The translations under genes were made by a program, and so were the position numbers. A DNA stretch of 64,000 bases from the human T2T-CHM13v2.0 reference genome, Homo sapiens. Shown one piece after another: positions 60,998 to 64,000 of the stretch; the stretch's first letter is position 1, and every line of letters begins with the position of its first letter. The DNA lies in assembly GCF_009914755.1 (NCBI RefSeq), contig NC_060939.1. One strand, given 5' to 3'. The notes under the pieces are model-generated. The model was not told the DNA's origin and made no database searches. It saw nothing but the letters and a program-made list of their open reading frames with translations.

Positions 60998-62665
60998 TAG
61001 AAAACTACAAAACATTAATAAAATAAACTGTAGATGACACAAACATGGAAAACATTCCATGTTCCATGTTCGTGGACCAGAATAATTAGTATCATTACAA
61101 TGACCATACTGCCCAAAGCCATCTACAGATTCAAAGCAATCCCTATCAAAATACTAATATCACTTTTCACAAAATTAGAAAAAAACCATCCTAAAATTCA
61201 TATGAACCCAAAAGTGAGCCTGAATAGCCAAAACAGTCCTAAGCAAAAAGAACAAAGCCGGGGCATCACATTATCTGACTTCAAATTATATGTGAAGCCT
61301 TTAGTAATCAAAACAGCACAATATTGGTACAAAAATAGACACACAGACCAATGGAATGGAAGAGAACACTGATACATTCAACTGATCTCACAAAGTCGAC
61401 AAAAACGTAACACCAGGAAAAAGGACACCCTTTTCAATAAATGGTGCTGGGGAAATTGGATTGCTACATGCAGAAGAATGATCTGGGACCCCTATCTCTC
61501 ACTCTATACACAAATCAAGATAGATTAAAGACTTAACTCTAAGACCTGAAACTATAAAAGTATTAGAAGAAACCCGAGGGAAGACTGCTGGACGTTGGTC
61601 TAGGCAAAGAATTCATGACGAAGACCTCAAAAGCACAAGCAACGAAAACAAAAATAGAGAAATGGGACTTAAACTAAAAAAGCTTCTGCACAGCAAAAGA
61701 AATAATCAACAGAGTGAATAGACAGCCTGCAGAATAAGAGAAGACATTTGCAAACTATGCCGCTGACAGGGGATTAACATCCAGAATTTACAAGGAACTC
61801 AAACAAATTTACAAAAACCAAGTAACTCCATTAAAAAGTGGGCAAAGAACATGAATAGACATTTTTCAAAACTAGACATATAAATGGCCAACAAGCAAGT
61901 GAAAAATGCTCAACGTCACTAATCATCAAAGAGATGCAAATTGAAACCCCAATGCGATACCTCCTTACACCAACCAGAATGGCAATTATTAAAAAGTTAA
62001 CAAATAACAGGTGCTGGTGAGACTGCGGAGAAAAGGGAACGCTTAAACACTGGTGGTGGAAATGTAAATTAGTACAAATCTATGGAAAACAATATGGAGA
62101 TTTCTCAAAGAACTAGAAATGGAACTGCCATTTGACCCAGCAATCCCACGATAGGGTATGTACCCAAATGAAAAAAAAAATCATTATATCAAAAAGACAC
62201 ACCTGCACCTGTATTGTTATCACTGCACTATTCATAGTAGCAAAGATGTGGAATCAACCTAAGTGTCCATCAAAGGATAACTGGATAAAGAAAATGTGGC
62301 ATATATACACTGGAATACTATTCAGCCATAAAAAGAATGAAATCATGTCTTTTGCAGTGACATAAATGGAACTGGAGGTTGTTATCTTAAGTGAAACAAC
62401 TAAGAAACAGAAAGTCAGATACCACATATTCTCACTTATCAGTGGGAGCTAAATAACATGAACACAAGGATATAGAGTGTAAAATGATAATATTGGAGAC
62501 TTAAAAAGGGGGGAGGGCGGAAGGAGGTGAGGGATGAGAAGTTACTTAATGTGCATTATATACATGTGGTAGATACATTAAAAGCCCAGGCTTCACCCCC
62601 AGGCAAAATACGCTTGTACCCCTTCAATTTATACAAATTTTTAAACATTTAAAAATTAAAAACAG
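60998..62665 (+). mobile_element. 5'-truncated L1 (L1PB/L1MA-type): ORF2 C-terminal part and 3' UTR
   Basis: ORF track 61034-61372 (ILPKAIYRFKAIPIK...WYKNRHTDQWN) and 62132-62365 are degenerate L1 ORF2. Confidence 0.92.
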
Positions 62666-62859
62666 CACTAAAGGAAGGAATACATTGTATTATAGATAGA
62701 AATAGAAATACATATAGATAAATAAAAATATGATAGAACTACAGGATCATAATTTTAAACCTTCAATAAATAAGCCAGCTTCACATGAACAATCTGCATC
62801 AGCAATAACTAGCTCAAAAATCTGGGAAAAGGGGTTTGTCCACGGAAGGTAGGTCCATT

Positions 62860-63700
62860 CACCATAACACAAAAATTACAAAAGTTAAAGAAGTAAATTT
62901 CAAAATTAATGGACAGAATGTCTATGGAGAAAATGGCAGTACTTTCTGAATGACTTAAAAAGGAAAACTGGGCTAATACAAAGACATACCGTGTCTTAAA
63001 CAGAAACACAGTATACCATACTGATGTTGATTCTCCTGACAGAAGAGCAATCCCAACTAAAACTCCAAAGTCGAGGAGAGAACCTGACAATAATTCTAAA
63101 ACTTACATGGAAAAATAAATAGGTGAAAACACACAAGAAAACAATTTCAGAGGTGGGTTTTCACCACTATGTGTTGAAATGTTTATAAATGTTCGGCATA
63201 GTGTGCAAGATAATAGCAGTGGTCTGGGAAAAAATGTTTTAAAAAGAGTACAATAAAGGTCGAATTTTATGTGGTAAAGAAGAGAAAATTCAAAAATGCT
63301 GCTTGGGAAAATTTATTATATGAAGGGGAAAAACAACACCTGTACCCAAACAGAATACATATTTAAAAGTTCAAGATAAATTAAAACATAAAACCATAAG
63401 GCAAACAGAAATAAATGTAGGCAAATATTTGCATATTTCAGGGTTCAAAAGAACTTTTTAAGTTAAAAAGTACTTAAAAGGGAAAAGGTTGATATATTGG
63501 AAGGTATGCAAGTTTTCCACTTTATGTGTCAAAAACACTCTAAACAAAATTGAAAGTAATGATAAAGTGGGAAAAATACTTGACAGATAAAAATAAACAT
63601 ACATTACAGTCATATCAATATATCCTATAAACTTTTTAATTTAAAAAACCTTAATTTTTAGAAAAACTGGCAAAGAAACAGGCAATTTAAAGAAGCAGCA
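62860..63700 (+). mobile_element. ancient L1 (L1ME-like) ORF2 remnants
   Basis: AATTCTAAAACTTACATGGAAA and GTAGGCAAATATTTGCAT motifs. Confidence 0.5.
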
Positions 63701-64000
63701 GACTGGGCACAAATGGCTCATGCCTACAATCCCAGCGTGCTTGGAAGCTAAGACACGTGGATCCTTTGAGCCCAGGAGTTCAAGACCAGCCTGGGCTACA
63801 TAGCTAGACCCCTACAAAAAAAGTTACCTGGGTGTCATGGCATGAGCCTGTGGTCCCAGCTACTCAGGAAGCTGAGGTGGGAGGATCACTGCAGCCCGGG
63901 AGATCGAGGCTGCAATGAGAGCTGTGTTCTCACCACTGCACTCCAGCCTGGGTGACAGAGTAAGACCCTGTCTCAAAAAAAACAAAAAAAAAAACAAACA
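63701..64000 (+). mobile_element. AluJ-like
   Basis: Dimer with A-rich tail at the window end. Confidence 0.88.

Overview
Primate (human-like) genomic DNA inside the P4-ATPase flippase gene ATP10A, which is on the minus strand. The only functional coding sequence I recognise is one 205-bp exon (23237-23441, A-domain DGETNLK motif, most likely exon 2). The rest is intron with many Alu, L1, MaLR/ERV LTR and DNA-transposon remnants, an LTR10-type VNTR at the left edge and a Y4 RNA pseudogene. The main unexplained signal is a long series of AT-rich, exon-sized segments between the repeats, from about 11 to 59.5 kb, all on the ATP10A strand. They have polypyrimidine-AG acceptors, GT donors, several ~76-80 bp introns and matching phases across consecutive junctions. 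Their protein-like frames carry only scattered stops, and two are split by old Alu insertions. I interpret them as a decayed multi-exon protein-coding gene, or tandem paralogues, with recurring peptide motifs on both sides of the ATP10A exon. I could not identify the protein family. Exon reconstruction was done by eye and repeat subfamilies were called from memory of consensus sequences, so both need computational confirmation.
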